Shown here: positions 62,650 to 64,000 of the stretch, one piece after another
Numbering within the stretch: the stretch's first letter is position 1
How the letters are laid out: each line of letters starts with the position of its first letter
Source: Pseudomonadota bacterium
GTDB taxonomy: Bacteria > Desulfobacterota > Binatia > Binatales > Binataceae
Direction of reading: 5' to 3'
Assembly: GCA_021324755.1 (NCBI GenBank)
Contig: JAJPIL010000027.1
Coordinates: forward strand, 1,049-65,048
DNA length: 64,000 nt
Translations under genes and position numbers: made by a program
Notes under the pieces: model-generated
The model's input: the letters and a program-made list of their open reading frames with translations, nothing else
Told to the model about the DNA's origin: nothing
Databases searched by the model: none

Positions 62650-63477
62650 CTAATTGCGCTTGTCCTTACCGCTCGAAGACCTACGCGCGCTCGGAAAACT
62701 GGGCTCGCGCCGCTCTCGAATCGCGCTGATTCCTTCAGAGATGTCCTCGCCGAAAAAGTTGAGCATTTCATAGGCCAGTGAGGCATCGAAGGCAGGGCCG
62801 GCGACGCGAAGCCAATTGTTAAGCGCGCGCTTGGTGAAGCGCAAAGCCGACTGCGGGCCGCGTGCAAGCTTGCGGGCTATCTCCAAAGCTCGGTCCATGA
62901 GTTGCTCATGCGGCACACATAAGCTCACCAGCCCGATTCGTTCGGCTTCTTTTCCATCGATAAAGTCTGCGGTCAAAAGGTAGTATTTGGCTTTGGCCAT
63001 TCCACACAAAAGCGGCCAGATTATCACCGCGTGGTCGCCCGCAGCCACGCCCAAGCGGATATGACCGTCGGTAATTCTCATTCGGTCGGAGGCGATACTG
63101 ATGTCGGCCATCAGAGCGACTGCGAGCCCCGCACCCACGGCGACGCCATTGATGGCCGAGATGATTGGCTTGTCAAGGTTGATCATGTTGTAGACGATAT
63201 CGGCTGCCTCGCGCAAAGAGCCTGCCACTCGCGCTGGGTTGCCTTTGGTGGCGGCGATCATGTCTAGGTCGCCGCCGGCAGAGAAAGCCTTGCCTGCGCC
63301 GGTCACGACCACGACTCGGGTTTCCTCGTCCTCGTCGATGTCTTTCCAGACGCGACTGAGTTCCCAGTGTAGCCGCTCGTCGGTTGCGTTAAGCACGTCC
63401 GGCCGATTGATCGTGATAAGTAGAATTCCGTCGTCGGGACGGTCAAAAAGTAGCCCTTTGTAGTCGCTGTAGTTCAT
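62650..63477 (-). CDS. enoyl-CoA hydratase/isomerase family protein
   Basis: INRPDVLNA, AFSAGGDL, AINGVAVGAG, LGVAAGDH, REPSF; GGAGGG RBS. Confidence 0.94.
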   Translation of the reverse strand: MNYSDYKGLLFDRPDDGILLITINRPDVLNATDERLHWELSRVWKDIDEDEETRVVVVTGAGKAFSAGGDLDMIAATKGNPARVAGSLREAADIVYNMINLDKPIISAINGVAVGAGLAVALMADISIASDRMRITDGHIRLGVAAGDHAVIIWPLLCGMAKAKYYLLTADFIDGKEAERIGLVSLCVPHEQLMDRALEIARKLARGPQSALRFTKRALNNWLRVAGPAFDASLAYEMLNFFGEDISEGISAIRERREPSFPSARRSSSGKDKRN

Positions 63478-63517
63478 TTTCCCTCCTCGAGCAGGTTTAA
63501 GCCTTTGGCGTGTCTAA

Positions 63518-64000
63518 TCAAAGCGAGTATCTTGCATAGATATCCGCAATTTTAGCTAGCAGCTCCAGAGCCTTGCCGCGAGGCCGTTGGAAGGAGTTGC
63601 GTCCTATTATGGAGCCGAAGCCGCCGCCTTCTGCGATCGCGCGCACCTCTTCGAGAAGCGAGGCGTCGTCATGCTTGGGCCCGCCTGAAAAAATCACTAT
63701 TCTTCGCCCGTCGAAAGCGCTTTGCACGACATGACGCACGCGCGCCGATAAAGGCTCGAGCGGGATCTTTTCAGCCTCGTAGACCTTGCGCGCTTCGGGC
63801 TGTTCGATATAGGCAGTGGGCAGCTTGACTTTGATTATATGCGCGCCTAGTTGAGCCGCGATCTGTGCTGCATATGCTACAACGTCCAGCGCCGTTTCAC
63901 CTTGCTTGCTAAGGCCCGACCCTCGTGGGTATGACCACACCACCACCGCAAGTCCGTGCGCCTTTGCCTCTTCAGCGATCTGGTGCAGCTGCTCGTACAT
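63518..64000 (-). CDS. class I fructose-bisphosphate aldolase (FbaB/DhnA type), C-terminal part, truncated by window edge
   Basis: VWSYPRG, LGAHIIKVKLP Schiff-base Lys, FSGG, GSIIGRNSFQR. Confidence 0.9.
   Translation of the reverse strand: MYEQLHQIAEEAKAHGLAVVVWSYPRGSGLSKQGETALDVVAYAAQIAAQLGAHIIKVKLPTAYIEQPEARKVYEAEKIPLEPLSARVRHVVQSAFDGRRIVIFSGGPKHDDASLLEEVRAIAEGGGFGSIIGRNSFQRPRGKALELLAKIADIYARYSL

Overview
Gene-dense bacterial chromosomal window of moderately high GC, mostly core or metabolic genes. Gene content suggests a Candidatus Binatota/deltaproteobacteria-like organism (inference only). It contains coaE-panE, several oxidoreductases and hydrolases, a catalytically dead histidine-kinase-like ORF divergent from aceA, MFS/ABC-2/RND transporters, and lptD-folC-accD. 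It also has a complete trpEGDCFBA operon with a WWCW leader peptide and attenuator that the ORF track misses, a combined caa3 oxidase + Rieske/cytochrome b-c cluster, tandem tRNA-Pro/tRNA-Arg, an orphan CbbQ/NorQ ATPase, a cysS that appears to need a CTG start, and selB plus a UGA(Sec)-recoded selD with a SECIS hairpin. The best candidate for an undescribed system is a two-gene module at 37.1-39.5 kb. A Tat-exported Rieske protein with high-potential signature residues is followed by a Sec-exported PQQ dehydrogenase that lacks the canonical vicinal disulfide but has the D-x-D metal-site motif. The pair lies upstream of, and co-oriented with, the bc-caa3 respiratory cluster. No CRISPR array, rRNA, transposase or integrase was seen. 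All family assignments are from motif recognition by eye; no searches were run.
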